Source: an uncultured Alteromonadaceae bacterium (GTDB taxonomy: Bacteria > Pseudomonadota > Gammaproteobacteria > Enterobacterales > Alteromonadaceae). Taken from it: a DNA stretch of 64,000 bases. This document shows, piece by piece, positions 9,601 through 17,836 of the stretch (its first letter is position 1; every line of letters starts with the position of its first letter). A program made the position numbers and the translations under genes. The notes beneath the pieces are model-generated. The model was not told where the DNA came from. It searched no databases and worked only from the letters and a program-made list of their open reading frames with translations. Location: assembly GCA_947503265.1 (NCBI GenBank), contig CANNDC010000021.1:4797-68796 (forward strand), written 5' to 3'.

Positions 9601-9985
9601 AAAAAAACTTTACCTAGATTTAGGTAGCGTGCAGCAAATTGCTGAAATCACCGTGAATGGCAAAGAAGCTGGAACGCTTTGGAAACCGCCATTTGCGCTC
9701 GATATTCATCCTCTTCTCAAGGAAGGGCAAAACACTTTGGAGGTTAAAGTAACGAATACTTGGGTGAATCGCCTAATTGGCGATGAAGCGCTGCCTGACA
9801 CTAGTGGATATAAAATGGTTGGGGACACGGTTCCATGGCTTAATGCAAATGAAAAACCGCCAAAAAGCCAACGTGTTACTTTCACTGGGTACAACTTTTT
9901 CCAAAAAGAAAAGAGTAGAGTTTTGCAAAGCTCAGGCTTGTTAGGACCGGTAAGATTGATCAGTTCCACCGATAGTTCGGATTGA
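6698..9985 (+). CDS. GH106 family glycoside hydrolase (alpha-L-rhamnosidase-like) with inserted F5/8-type domain, secreted
   Basis: PKTWMHAMNGN, GWTSSGGPWVTPEMSMK, EIDSYEVG, SAESFT, FHRFAHQP, C-terminal YLDLG..QIAEITVNG; signal peptide AHA/DN. Confidence 0.85.
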   Translation: MANHSLLLATLVLISITCTAHADNLSQKAFKAPAKNYQPKTWMHAMNGNISKPGFTEDFKAMKDVGIGGAIFFHVHRRNVPYSSRGPVRFGSNEFYEHLVHAAAQADKNDIEFGIHNSDGWTSSGGPWVTPEMSMKRITWSEQFVQSPNGGQSFVPQQPGFAEGLYRDVAVIALPENKYNQQNVFANAVFSSSDPTLDASVLGDKDWDTEFTFIENNDDEYWIQVEVAEPTTLRSLQIETPTRHGEGALQISDDGKTFTTVVEKLRRPRTGARMWAFSPQLVNEGQDGYTAKYFRFVFTKPIILKRFDLWSIPRFSHWLSMNSMERGGLSMAPSLPQDAVVKSQDVMLLNRGELPKNGIRLPAGNWHILRFGYTSTGAFNVPATIEGEGLEIDKFDAKSLQFHFDQFVGKLVKKVREKGINSLKTTEIDSYEVGGQNWTRGIEDTFKKKFEYDFIKWLPLLTGRVIESPEHSGAILQEFRQHLSDLMVENYFGEFTRLTEQYGLESYIEPYGWGPFDELAAGGKADRLMGEFWVRDREYNGRVMAAISSGHIYGKKIISAESFTSINTVNWYGHPYFYKHYGDQMWARGINETMFHRFAHQPNNHIKPGMTMDSIGSHIDRTQTWWGNGGVEWFKYLARGSYLLQQGVPDADFLIHLGDIAPLRVGNANNTGVPDGFAYDYTNTDVLLNRVSVKDGWLVLPEGTRYRALQLHNTEYLHLKTLKRVQELVEQGATVIADKPKKVIGYSEWPQDEEFQAITQTLWGDGSPQIRQINKGRISSLGLEESIQQLGYEADLKLNGVAAKLFAHRRIAGNDLYYFYNDKPEFSQLEVDIRNGDGKPEIWNIDDGSIEEITRYQRKGNRLITQLALEPYAGRFVLIRRDGKLPKYDGTHSQLVQDIYLNTNQTRAVKELSGAWELEFDTNWGGPSKIIFNELSDWIQHSDDAVKHYSGTAKYAKNFSITKHELAAKKLYLDLGSVQQIAEITVNGKEAGTLWKPPFALDIHPLLKEGQNTLEVKVTNTWVNRLIGDEALPDTSGYKMVGDTVPWLNANEKPPKSQRVTFTGYNFFQKEKSRVLQSSGLLGPVRLISSTDSSD

Positions 9986-10103
9986 TCTGTGTGAATATCC
10001 AAATTGGTTTCTTGCGCTCGATTACGAAACTAGACCGCCGCAATCTCAATTAACTTGTGCGTATCCAGTCTAGAGGTAGCCAAGTCGACTAGATAAATTA
10101 ACC

Positions 10104-10130
10104 TGAGTTTGTTCGTGCTGAACAAACTCA
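10104..10130. terminator. 11-bp stem hairpin between the convergent GH106 genes
   Basis: TGAGTTTGTTC-GTGCT-GAACAAACTCA; no clear U-tract. Confidence 0.45.
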
Positions 10131-10250
10131 ACGTGTTGCATCTTAACAAATATTAGCATCTCCATCAGACTGAAAAGTAACAAAGAAAAAGTCAGGGATT
10201 TATATTTCATGTGTTCAACAGAGAATCATCAGTTTATCGTTGAACAACCC

Positions 10251-13200
10251 TCATTTTAACACTGGCACTATTTGATACGGTGTAATCTGCACCGGTCCGA
10301 TTAACCCAGAAGACTGTCTAGGTTCATCATCCGACATAAAAACTTGAGTCACAAAGGTCAAACGTTGGCTTTTAGGTGGAGGCTGGTTATCGGTATACCA
10401 TTGGGGCATTTTTGTAATCGGGTCTTGCCAGCGTGCAATTTTAAACCCAGAAGTATCAGGTAATTTGCGGTCGGCCAGTAAACGGTTTACCCACAAATTA
10501 GCCACTTCTATTTGAAGTTGATTATCTCCGGGTTTAACAAAATCAGTAATATCCAGTTGATAAGGTGCTACCCAAGCTGTGCCAACCCTCTGACCATTAA
10601 GGGTCACCGTGGCTGCCACATCTACCTGACCTAGATCTAATGTAAGCTTGGTGTTCTGTTGCAAATATTGCTCTGGTAACTCAAAGTGTTGTCGATACTC
10701 AGCTGTGCCCGAATAATCTTGAATACGGGTATCTGGGTGCTCTCGCCAATCAACCAAATCTGGGAAAGTAAAAGTTTCGTCTAAGCCGTAGTACTCATCA
10801 AACTTCACGGACCATGTGCTAGGTAAAGCGTAAGGTTCGGGGTATGTCGGTAACAAAATGTCGGATTGTGAAGAAGCTAACGTGATTTGTTTGCTTCCTT
10901 GTTGAGCCACTAATTGTTTTTGATCATCGGGCCCTAGCAGCACCTGAATATCTTGATCAATGATAGTGTCAACAGATACTGGCGCAATACCAGCAGATGA
11001 CTCAGCAAACACAACAAACATAGATTGATTTGGCTGCAAGGAAAACGCCACCCGAGTATGACTGCCCTTTTCTTCAAACGCACCCAATTGGACAATGCGC
11101 CCAGTACTTGGGTCCCATAGCTCAGGGATTTTGCCTTGTACGTTAAAATGCCCGTCTACAAGTCGTGTATCACCGCTGTCGTTATAGATGAAATAGATAT
11201 CATGATCTGCACTTTTTCGGTGTGTGAAATAGTAGTGCTTAACTCCTTTAAGTATTAAATCACGATGGAAACCTTGCTCGGCGTATATCTTATCCCAGTC
11301 TAGCAAAGTGGTGTCAGCTACCGAATGATTCGGGATGATACCTGCATGACCTTGAGTCGTTTTTGGATTAAACGGGATATTGTAGGTTGAAGGCTGTGAC
11401 CAAATAAACGCTACCATTTGTTCAAATTGACTTTGTTGTTCAGGTGTTACAAAGCGTCCAGACAATTGTTCTACTGGGGCCCCAACAATCACCACCCCTT
11501 GTTGCGACAAAGCATGTATTTTCTGTAATGACGCAAAGCTTAAGGTGCGATGGTTATTTAATACTAATACTTTGTATTGGCTGCCATGTGGTAAGACTAA
11601 TTTGCGGTCTTGTACGGTAAGCTTATGCAACATATCTGTATTCAAACAATCGTAATTAATCGATACTGGGATTACTGAACTTAGGGGATCTTTTTCAGGG
11701 CAAATAGTTGGAGTAGCGTCTCCCAAATACCATAGAATATCTGATACTGCATTGCCGACACGCAGCAAATGCTGGCCTCGTGTGATGTACTCGAACCAGG
11801 CTTTACCTGCTCCATTCCACCAAGGCTGAGTGCGGTCAAAATGCGCGCCCCACATATTCATGGTCATGCCGGGCATAACATGGGTATTGGCTTGATGAGC
11901 AAAACGATGGAATACATGCTGATTCACCCCGAGGGCCCAACTTTTGTCGCTGTCGACTTTGCCAACCGATGGATTAAACAACCAATTATTCTGCGGGAAC
12001 TGGGTAAAGGCTTCAGCTGCTACTATGGGTTTGTCATAGAGGTTTGCCGTTGAAGCAGACGACGAGATCCTAAAATTGTTGGTATCCAGCCAAAACTCAC
12101 CCATAGGGTAATCGGCATTACTGGCCACATCTAGTTCGTTGAAAGGCCCAGAACCATAGGGCTCAAGATAGGTTTTAACGCCATCCTTATGCGCCAGCTC
12201 TGAAAAGTACCCATAGTAGTTCTCAGTAATTAAGGTATTGTTAAACTCGCGTGTATCCCACAAGACCGCCTCAGACGTTTTCGCAGAATCTACGAACTTA
12301 CCAGCAAACAATGGCAAGTAAGGCACTAAATCATAACCATATTGTTGTTCAAACAATTTTTCGTAATCATGGGTCCAGTTTTGCGCGCCCACTTCGTAAC
12401 TATCAATTTCTAAGCTATATAAGGCATTGGGCGCAACCTTTTTAACTTGATTAAGAACATTAGTGATGTAGTTTTGGTAATGCAATTTAAACGCAGGCTT
12501 ACTAAACTTATCCACCTCTAGGCCAGTACCCTCACGTGAGGCAGGGATATTCACGGCGCCTGTGCTGGTATAACCAAAACGCATTATGGTCCATTTTCCT
12601 TCAGGTAATCTGGTTTGTAAGTGACCATTTTCAGCCATATCTGAAGTTAAGTTTCGCACCTCAGCCGTTTTCACAGTTAGGGATTCCGGTGCACTGCCGA
12701 TAGATTCGAACTCTTGATAATCGGTACGGCTTGCTTGAGTGCGCCCAGTGTAATTATCCATAGTCGGAGTTGAAGACACTCGAATTTCCATCAAGTTAAC
12801 AGGCTGTTTGCTCTCAACGCGAAAGTATTTCGCTTTATGCCCCACAAAAGCGTCATCTGTTCCGTACACATATTTGCCAGGACGTCTTAGGATTAAGTCT
12901 TTAACTCTAGTGAAAGTTTTACCATCATTAGAAATATGCAATGACAGCTCTGCACCGCGGCCGTTATACAACAACATTTCCAGCAGGCGCAACGTATAAG
13001 GTTGGTCGTATGCAAACTGCAACCACGCGGGTTTCCCATCTAAGGGTGACAAAGCACTTTGGTCGCTGACATCTCCATTGGTGAGAACATCAAGCTGAAA
13101 ATTTGGATCTGAAGCAGTAATGACAGGCGCACGATTCGCATCATCTATTTCACTTGCTAGAGCCGGATAAGCGATGACAGCAACATCTTGATAATAGTCG

Positions 13201-13739
13201 AGTAAGCTTTGCGGTTGCGTGAGTGTTAGATTTACATCACCACCTTCTACCACAGTTTCATTGAAGGTCAGACGCTTCATCGAGTGTTCAGGAGTCACCC
13301 AGGGACCACCGCTTGATGTCCACCCATCACAGTTGTGCATACCAAAGGTCAACCCAAGTCGTTGTGACTCTTTGGCTAAGTGTCCAATCAATTCAATATG
13401 CTCGGTAGAGTTGAATCTGACGTTCCCCAAAGGAATACCTTGAGTAACGTTAAATAGCATAGTGCCACCAATACCGACCTCGGCGATAGACTCCAAGTCT
13501 TTGGTTAAGCCTGCTGCCGTCATATTACCACTCATGGCATGTAGCCAAGTTAATGGTTTAGATGAGGACGGAGGCGTAACAAACGCCGCTTTCAATTGGG
13601 CGTGGGCCTCAGACTCCACTCTGGGTTGCGATGGATGCTCACTACAAGACAAAATGGAAAGAGCAAACAAACTAATAAGCAAGCATCTAGTAGACAGGCT
13701 GAATGCGGAACCTTTTGGTAACAAAGTCTTGAGTATCAT
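10251..13739 (-). CDS. GH106 family glycoside hydrolase (alpha-L-rhamnosidase-like), predicted lipoprotein
   Basis: PLTWLHAMSGN, GWTSSGGPWVTPEHSMK, EIDSYEVG, AAEAFT, FHRFAHQA; lipobox-like SILSC. Confidence 0.85.
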   Translation of the reverse strand: MILKTLLPKGSAFSLSTRCLLISLFALSILSCSEHPSQPRVESEAHAQLKAAFVTPPSSSKPLTWLHAMSGNMTAAGLTKDLESIAEVGIGGTMLFNVTQGIPLGNVRFNSTEHIELIGHLAKESQRLGLTFGMHNCDGWTSSGGPWVTPEHSMKRLTFNETVVEGGDVNLTLTQPQSLLDYYQDVAVIAYPALASEIDDANRAPVITASDPNFQLDVLTNGDVSDQSALSPLDGKPAWLQFAYDQPYTLRLLEMLLYNGRGAELSLHISNDGKTFTRVKDLILRRPGKYVYGTDDAFVGHKAKYFRVESKQPVNLMEIRVSSTPTMDNYTGRTQASRTDYQEFESIGSAPESLTVKTAEVRNLTSDMAENGHLQTRLPEGKWTIMRFGYTSTGAVNIPASREGTGLEVDKFSKPAFKLHYQNYITNVLNQVKKVAPNALYSLEIDSYEVGAQNWTHDYEKLFEQQYGYDLVPYLPLFAGKFVDSAKTSEAVLWDTREFNNTLITENYYGYFSELAHKDGVKTYLEPYGSGPFNELDVASNADYPMGEFWLDTNNFRISSSASTANLYDKPIVAAEAFTQFPQNNWLFNPSVGKVDSDKSWALGVNQHVFHRFAHQANTHVMPGMTMNMWGAHFDRTQPWWNGAGKAWFEYITRGQHLLRVGNAVSDILWYLGDATPTICPEKDPLSSVIPVSINYDCLNTDMLHKLTVQDRKLVLPHGSQYKVLVLNNHRTLSFASLQKIHALSQQGVVIVGAPVEQLSGRFVTPEQQSQFEQMVAFIWSQPSTYNIPFNPKTTQGHAGIIPNHSVADTTLLDWDKIYAEQGFHRDLILKGVKHYYFTHRKSADHDIYFIYNDSGDTRLVDGHFNVQGKIPELWDPSTGRIVQLGAFEEKGSHTRVAFSLQPNQSMFVVFAESSAGIAPVSVDTIIDQDIQVLLGPDDQKQLVAQQGSKQITLASSQSDILLPTYPEPYALPSTWSVKFDEYYGLDETFTFPDLVDWREHPDTRIQDYSGTAEYRQHFELPEQYLQQNTKLTLDLGQVDVAATVTLNGQRVGTAWVAPYQLDITDFVKPGDNQLQIEVANLWVNRLLADRKLPDTSGFKIARWQDPITKMPQWYTDNQPPPKSQRLTFVTQVFMSDDEPRQSSGLIGPVQITPYQIVPVLK

Positions 13740-13937
13740 AAGTAATATAGATTCTGTGGTAAAAAGAGAGTTAAAAAATCACTGAATTGATTGCTAATAA
13801 ATAAATGTAGCATGGTGTAAAAGTAGTAGGAATGATTAACCATTTATGATTTTTACTTTTGTAAATCAATTCAACGTAAAATGTAACGGCTACACAGCCC
13901 TTTAATAGCTTAAAAAGGCGCCTCTTTGGGAGCAAAG

Positions 13938-13994
13938 CGTTGTGGTTCCTATCCCTTGGAAGATCAGTTGGAGCCCAAGGATAAGATGAGTTAA
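13938..13994 (+). repeat. Highly decayed copy of the last 57 nt of nth (copy 4)
   Basis: Reads RCGSYPLEDQLEPKDKMS* vs native RCGSCIIEDLCEFKDKTE*: 10/18 residues identical, ungapped, stop at the same codon. Confidence 0.75.
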
Positions 13995-14131
13995 CAGTTG
14001 AGCCTTTGCAGGCGATATCCTGTTATGTGATGAAATTCGAATATAGTGATAGATAAAGAGCAATATCGCGTTATGCTATTTACCGTTTTTTAGATCGAGC
14101 AAATGAAAATACCAAAGATGCTATGTAAATT

Positions 14132-15253
14132 ATGACAGCCATTCATCAATACATCTGTGCAATTGGAAGCTTTCAAGGTGTGCTACTGTTTTTTCTATTG
14201 TTCTACGGCCATGAAAAATCAGCAGCAAGTAAAGTGCTTGCTTTTTATTGTCTTGTATTAGGCTTGGCTTTTTTCTTACCATTCATCACCTTTGATGTGT
14301 CTTATGATGTGTTTAAGCCTTTAGCAGCTTGGTTATTCTTCTTACCGGTATTGTACGGAAGCATGCTTTATCTTTACTGCAGTAAAGTTATTTTTAATAC
14401 GTCTTTTACAAAGTTTGATCTCATTCATCTTGCGCCCATAATTATCTGCTATGTGTTAAATGCGGACGCTCTCTTATACCATCATGAAGAAATGAGGCTA
14501 TGGATAGTAGGCGACCCCGCTCCAACGCTTCGCCTATGGTTGAGTGAGTATATTTTGTTTGGCTTCAGTCTTGCTTATTTAATTGCAACTGCTAGGTTGA
14601 TCAGGCTCTACCATCAGCGGGCTCGCAATAATCTGTCGAATTTCAACCCATTAGTATTTAGGTGGCTCAGAGCTTTGATTGTGTCATTGATAATTATCTT
14701 TCTGGTCAAAGGAATCATGGCCTTCAGCAATTTTGCGACAATGAGAATGTTAATCCTATCGGATGCGTTGATTGTCTTAATTATTTATTTCATTGCTTTC
14801 ACGCACTGGAGAAACCCACAATTTTTTATCGCCAATAGCCACGGAGATGAACAAGCTTTAAGTCAGAAATCAATATCGACAGAGACCGAAAGCACAGGTG
14901 CGATTGATGAACATACGCGTGCTGTTATCTTTGACGAAATCACGCGGCACATTGAAAAAGAACACAGTTATCGAAATAGTAAGTTGAGCTTGACTGTATT
15001 GGCAGGCGAAATTGGCATTTCACCCCATCATCTATCTGAAGTGTTAAATCAACATGCTGGGCAAAATTTTAACTATTTTATTAATGCCTATCGCGTTAAA
15101 GAGGTGTGTAAAAGACTGAATTCAAATAGCACGAGTGCTGTTTTAGATGTTGCACTTGCCGCTGGTTTTTCTTCTAAAAGCACGTTTAACACTATTTTCA
15201 AAAAGTTTATGGGCATTACTCCTTCCCAGTATCGTCAAGACAATCAAAACTAA
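14132..15253 (+). CDS. AraC family regulator with N-terminal multi-TM sensor domain
   Basis: Hydrophobic N-terminal 230 aa; C-terminal YRNSKLSL..LA....HHLSEVLN...FINAYRV...VALAAGFSSKSTFN. Confidence 0.92.
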   Translation: MTAIHQYICAIGSFQGVLLFFLLFYGHEKSAASKVLAFYCLVLGLAFFLPFITFDVSYDVFKPLAAWLFFLPVLYGSMLYLYCSKVIFNTSFTKFDLIHLAPIIICYVLNADALLYHHEEMRLWIVGDPAPTLRLWLSEYILFGFSLAYLIATARLIRLYHQRARNNLSNFNPLVFRWLRALIVSLIIIFLVKGIMAFSNFATMRMLILSDALIVLIIYFIAFTHWRNPQFFIANSHGDEQALSQKSISTETESTGAIDEHTRAVIFDEITRHIEKEHSYRNSKLSLTVLAGEIGISPHHLSEVLNQHAGQNFNYFINAYRVKEVCKRLNSNSTSAVLDVALAAGFSSKSTFNTIFKKFMGITPSQYRQDNQN

Positions 15254-15274
15254 TGCGCTGGTCGGCCAAGTCCG

Positions 15275-15308
15275 AGATTATAAAATTTGACGTTCAATTT
15301 TATAATCT
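15275..15308. promoter_or_regulatory. 13-bp-arm inverted repeat between araC and the amidohydrolase (operator or terminator)
   Basis: AGATTATAAAATT-TGACGTTC-AATTTTATAATCT. Confidence 0.5.
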
Positions 15309-15364
15309 GAGGCGCGAATGCGTTAGTTCCTTGTTGGAATAGATACACTTAAACAATATAAAAG

Positions 15365-16675
15365 GTGTGTCTAGTGTCCTTGAAATCAAAACTCATTTTA
15401 ATCTGTAATGTCCTTTCACTGTCTATAGTTTACGCGGTTGCCCAGGCTAACGAGCAATCACAAATAGGCAAATTAAACGATATGTATGCGAAGAACATTT
15501 TTGCTGAATTGCTGGAGATTAGGCGAGATTTATTTGCTCATCCAGAGTTATCTGGACAAGAAAAACGCACATCTAAAGTTGTTGCCAACTATCTAACCAA
15601 TCTTGGATTAGAAGTTAAAACAGGCGTCGGTGGATACGGGGTGGTAGGAATTTTAAAGGGTGCAAAACCTGGTAAGGGTATCATTTGGCGTGCGGATATG
15701 GATGCAGCCGTATTTGAATATGGCGAACAAAATCATGTTCACAACGGCTCCAGCAAAAGTAAGCCTAATGTCGCCCACGTGTGTGGTCATGACGTTCACA
15801 CAACCATAGGGCTAGGTATCGCCAATACGCTGTCTCAAAAAATCGAACATTTAGCAGGCACAGTGTATTTTATATTCCAGCCAGCAGAGGAAAATCAACA
15901 AGGTGCAAAAGCCATGATTGCTGATGGATTATTTAACATTATCCAAGCTGATGAGATTTATGCGGCACACGTTGCTCCATCGCCAACGGGTGTTATAACT
16001 ACCTCACCGGACAACGTGTTTTCGCATTCTCGTTTCTTAACAATCACATTTGACGGCACCAACAATATTAGTGAGATAACATCTTTGGTGAATGAGGTAT
16101 TGTCATCAATCGTTCGCATAAAGTCACCTGAACGATTCACTAATCTTCTTAACGTCGTAGATCCAAAAATCGGTTTAAGCAACCCTGATACAATTTATCA
16201 GGATTACGTATTGCTTAATGGACCTCCCCAGCAAAACGTTGATAAAACCAGTATCACGTTCTTTGCTGAACTGTTTGCAGCAAATTATCAAGACATTGAA
16301 AAAGTTATTGAACAACTGGAGCAAAATTTCAGCACCAGCCGATTTAACAGCCGTTTTCAATCAATTCAAGTTTCACAAACGCGAGAAGGAACTTATAACA
16401 ATCGAAAACTAATCAACGAGGCCAACCAGTTTTTTTCAGTAGCCTTTGGAGATAAGGCCATTCAGGACAATTATGGAAAAATTCCATTTGCCAGCGAAGA
16501 TTTCGGTCATTTTCAGAAAAGTATACCTGGCGTTTACTTTTTTATTGGTGTGGCAGATACCGTCAAAGGTAATATCGCTTTTCCGCATTTGCCCGGTTTT
16601 GAGGTTGATGAAAAGGTTATTCAATATGGCGTGAGCCGTTTTTCTGCTCTAATCGAACATCGGCTGCAGAACTAG
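15365..16675 (+). CDS. M20D family amidohydrolase, probably exported
   Basis: RRDLFAHPELSGQE, RADMDA, HVCGHDVH, FQPAEE, SEDFG, PHLPGF; N-terminal signal-like segment. Confidence 0.88.
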   Translation: MCLVSLKSKLILICNVLSLSIVYAVAQANEQSQIGKLNDMYAKNIFAELLEIRRDLFAHPELSGQEKRTSKVVANYLTNLGLEVKTGVGGYGVVGILKGAKPGKGIIWRADMDAAVFEYGEQNHVHNGSSKSKPNVAHVCGHDVHTTIGLGIANTLSQKIEHLAGTVYFIFQPAEENQQGAKAMIADGLFNIIQADEIYAAHVAPSPTGVITTSPDNVFSHSRFLTITFDGTNNISEITSLVNEVLSSIVRIKSPERFTNLLNVVDPKIGLSNPDTIYQDYVLLNGPPQQNVDKTSITFFAELFAANYQDIEKVIEQLEQNFSTSRFNSRFQSIQVSQTREGTYNNRKLINEANQFFSVAFGDKAIQDNYGKIPFASEDFGHFQKSIPGVYFFIGVADTVKGNIAFPHLPGFEVDEKVIQYGVSRFSALIEHRLQN

Positions 16676-17649
16676 TCTTTGAAAACAGTAGTACTTTGTC
16701 GCTCACGATTAACATTTAATTGCGTCACGTCGGGCCTTGAATAATGACCAACCGGATCGAAGTTGTGGCGTTCTTGCAGCACTAGATTGTGATCTAGGGT
16801 AGTGTAGTATATTTTTTCTTCTCCTACTTGTGGTTCTAACACCCATTCTCCGGTTGGCGCTGCGACGCAAGAGCCGCCATTTGCTAAAAACTCTGGCGCA
16901 TCCATGAGTATTTCATCTAAGTAGGGCGTGTCTTTTGGAAAATCCATTGGTCGCATCAAACTTGATACTGACACCACATATGATCGCCCTTCTTTGGCAA
17001 TAAATCGGGTAATATCTTTAGTGTTGTGCAGGCCACCCGGCCAAATGGCCACGTGCAAATCTTCACCTTGCGCATACAAAGAAGCACGAGGCAATGGCAT
17101 CCAGTTTTCCCAACAATTTAACGCACCTACAGTAAATTTACCCAACGGTTGTACACGCAGGCCATTGCCGTCTCCTGGTGACCAAGTCAGGCGCTCTTCA
17201 TAGGTTGGCATGAGCTTGCGATGAACATGGGTTATCTCGCCTTGTGCAGTTATGTAGACTAGCGAACAATAAATACTGTGCCCTCCTCTATCCCCTGCTC
17301 TTTCTGCTGTTCCAATGATCACGGCGATACTTTTTTGTTCAGCCAATCGGCAGATACTAACGAGATCACCCGACTCGATACTGATGGCTTGGCGCAAGTA
17401 ATGTGCGTGGATTAGCTTTTGTTTGGTCGACTCAAAAACAGCGCCGCCTGTGCGCTCCACCCAGAAAGGATATCCGGGAAGAAGGGTTTCTCCGAATGTC
17501 ACCAGATGCGCGCCGTTATCGGCTGCCTGGGCTATAGTGGATAACACTTTTTCTATGGTTGCCGCTTTGTTTAACCAGACTGGAGCGATTTGCGCCAGCG
17601 CTACGCTTAGTTCTGAATTTGCTACGTTTGATTCTGAATTGGTGGTCAT
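16672..17649 (-). CDS. Nitrilase / carbon-nitrogen hydrolase
   Basis: Catalytic triad motifs FGETLLPGYP, HRKLMPTYEER, LNCWEN; FDPVGHYSRPD C-terminus. Confidence 0.92.
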   Translation of the reverse strand: MTTNSESNVANSELSVALAQIAPVWLNKAATIEKVLSTIAQAADNGAHLVTFGETLLPGYPFWVERTGGAVFESTKQKLIHAHYLRQAISIESGDLVSICRLAEQKSIAVIIGTAERAGDRGGHSIYCSLVYITAQGEITHVHRKLMPTYEERLTWSPGDGNGLRVQPLGKFTVGALNCWENWMPLPRASLYAQGEDLHVAIWPGGLHNTKDITRFIAKEGRSYVVSVSSLMRPMDFPKDTPYLDEILMDAPEFLANGGSCVAAPTGEWVLEPQVGEEKIYYTTLDHNLVLQERHNFDPVGHYSRPDVTQLNVNRERQSTTVFKD

Positions 17650-17836
17650 TTTTTGTCTTTTACTGCGTTGCTAGGCTGTCAGTATTTCCTAGTCTTTACG
17701 TGTTGTCGACATATTAATTGGTCTTATCGCGAAGACGTATTGAGAGAATTCTATCGCCTTTTGTAGATGTAAGGTAATGGTTAGATTAAGATTGATAAGC
17801 CGATATTGACTGATAATTCAGCCCTACTCTAACTAT

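Noticed and set aside
9983-9999. GATCTGTGTGAATAT (D-L-C-E-Y) right after the first GH106 stop, resembling the nth DLCEF codons
   Set aside because: Only about 15 nt; no RCGS upstream and no KDK/stop downstream, so it cannot be separated from chance. Worth rechecking with an HMM.
13882-13894. TGTAACGGCTACA, LacI-like operator upstream of the second GH106
   Set aside because: Imperfect single copy and no cognate regulator nearby.
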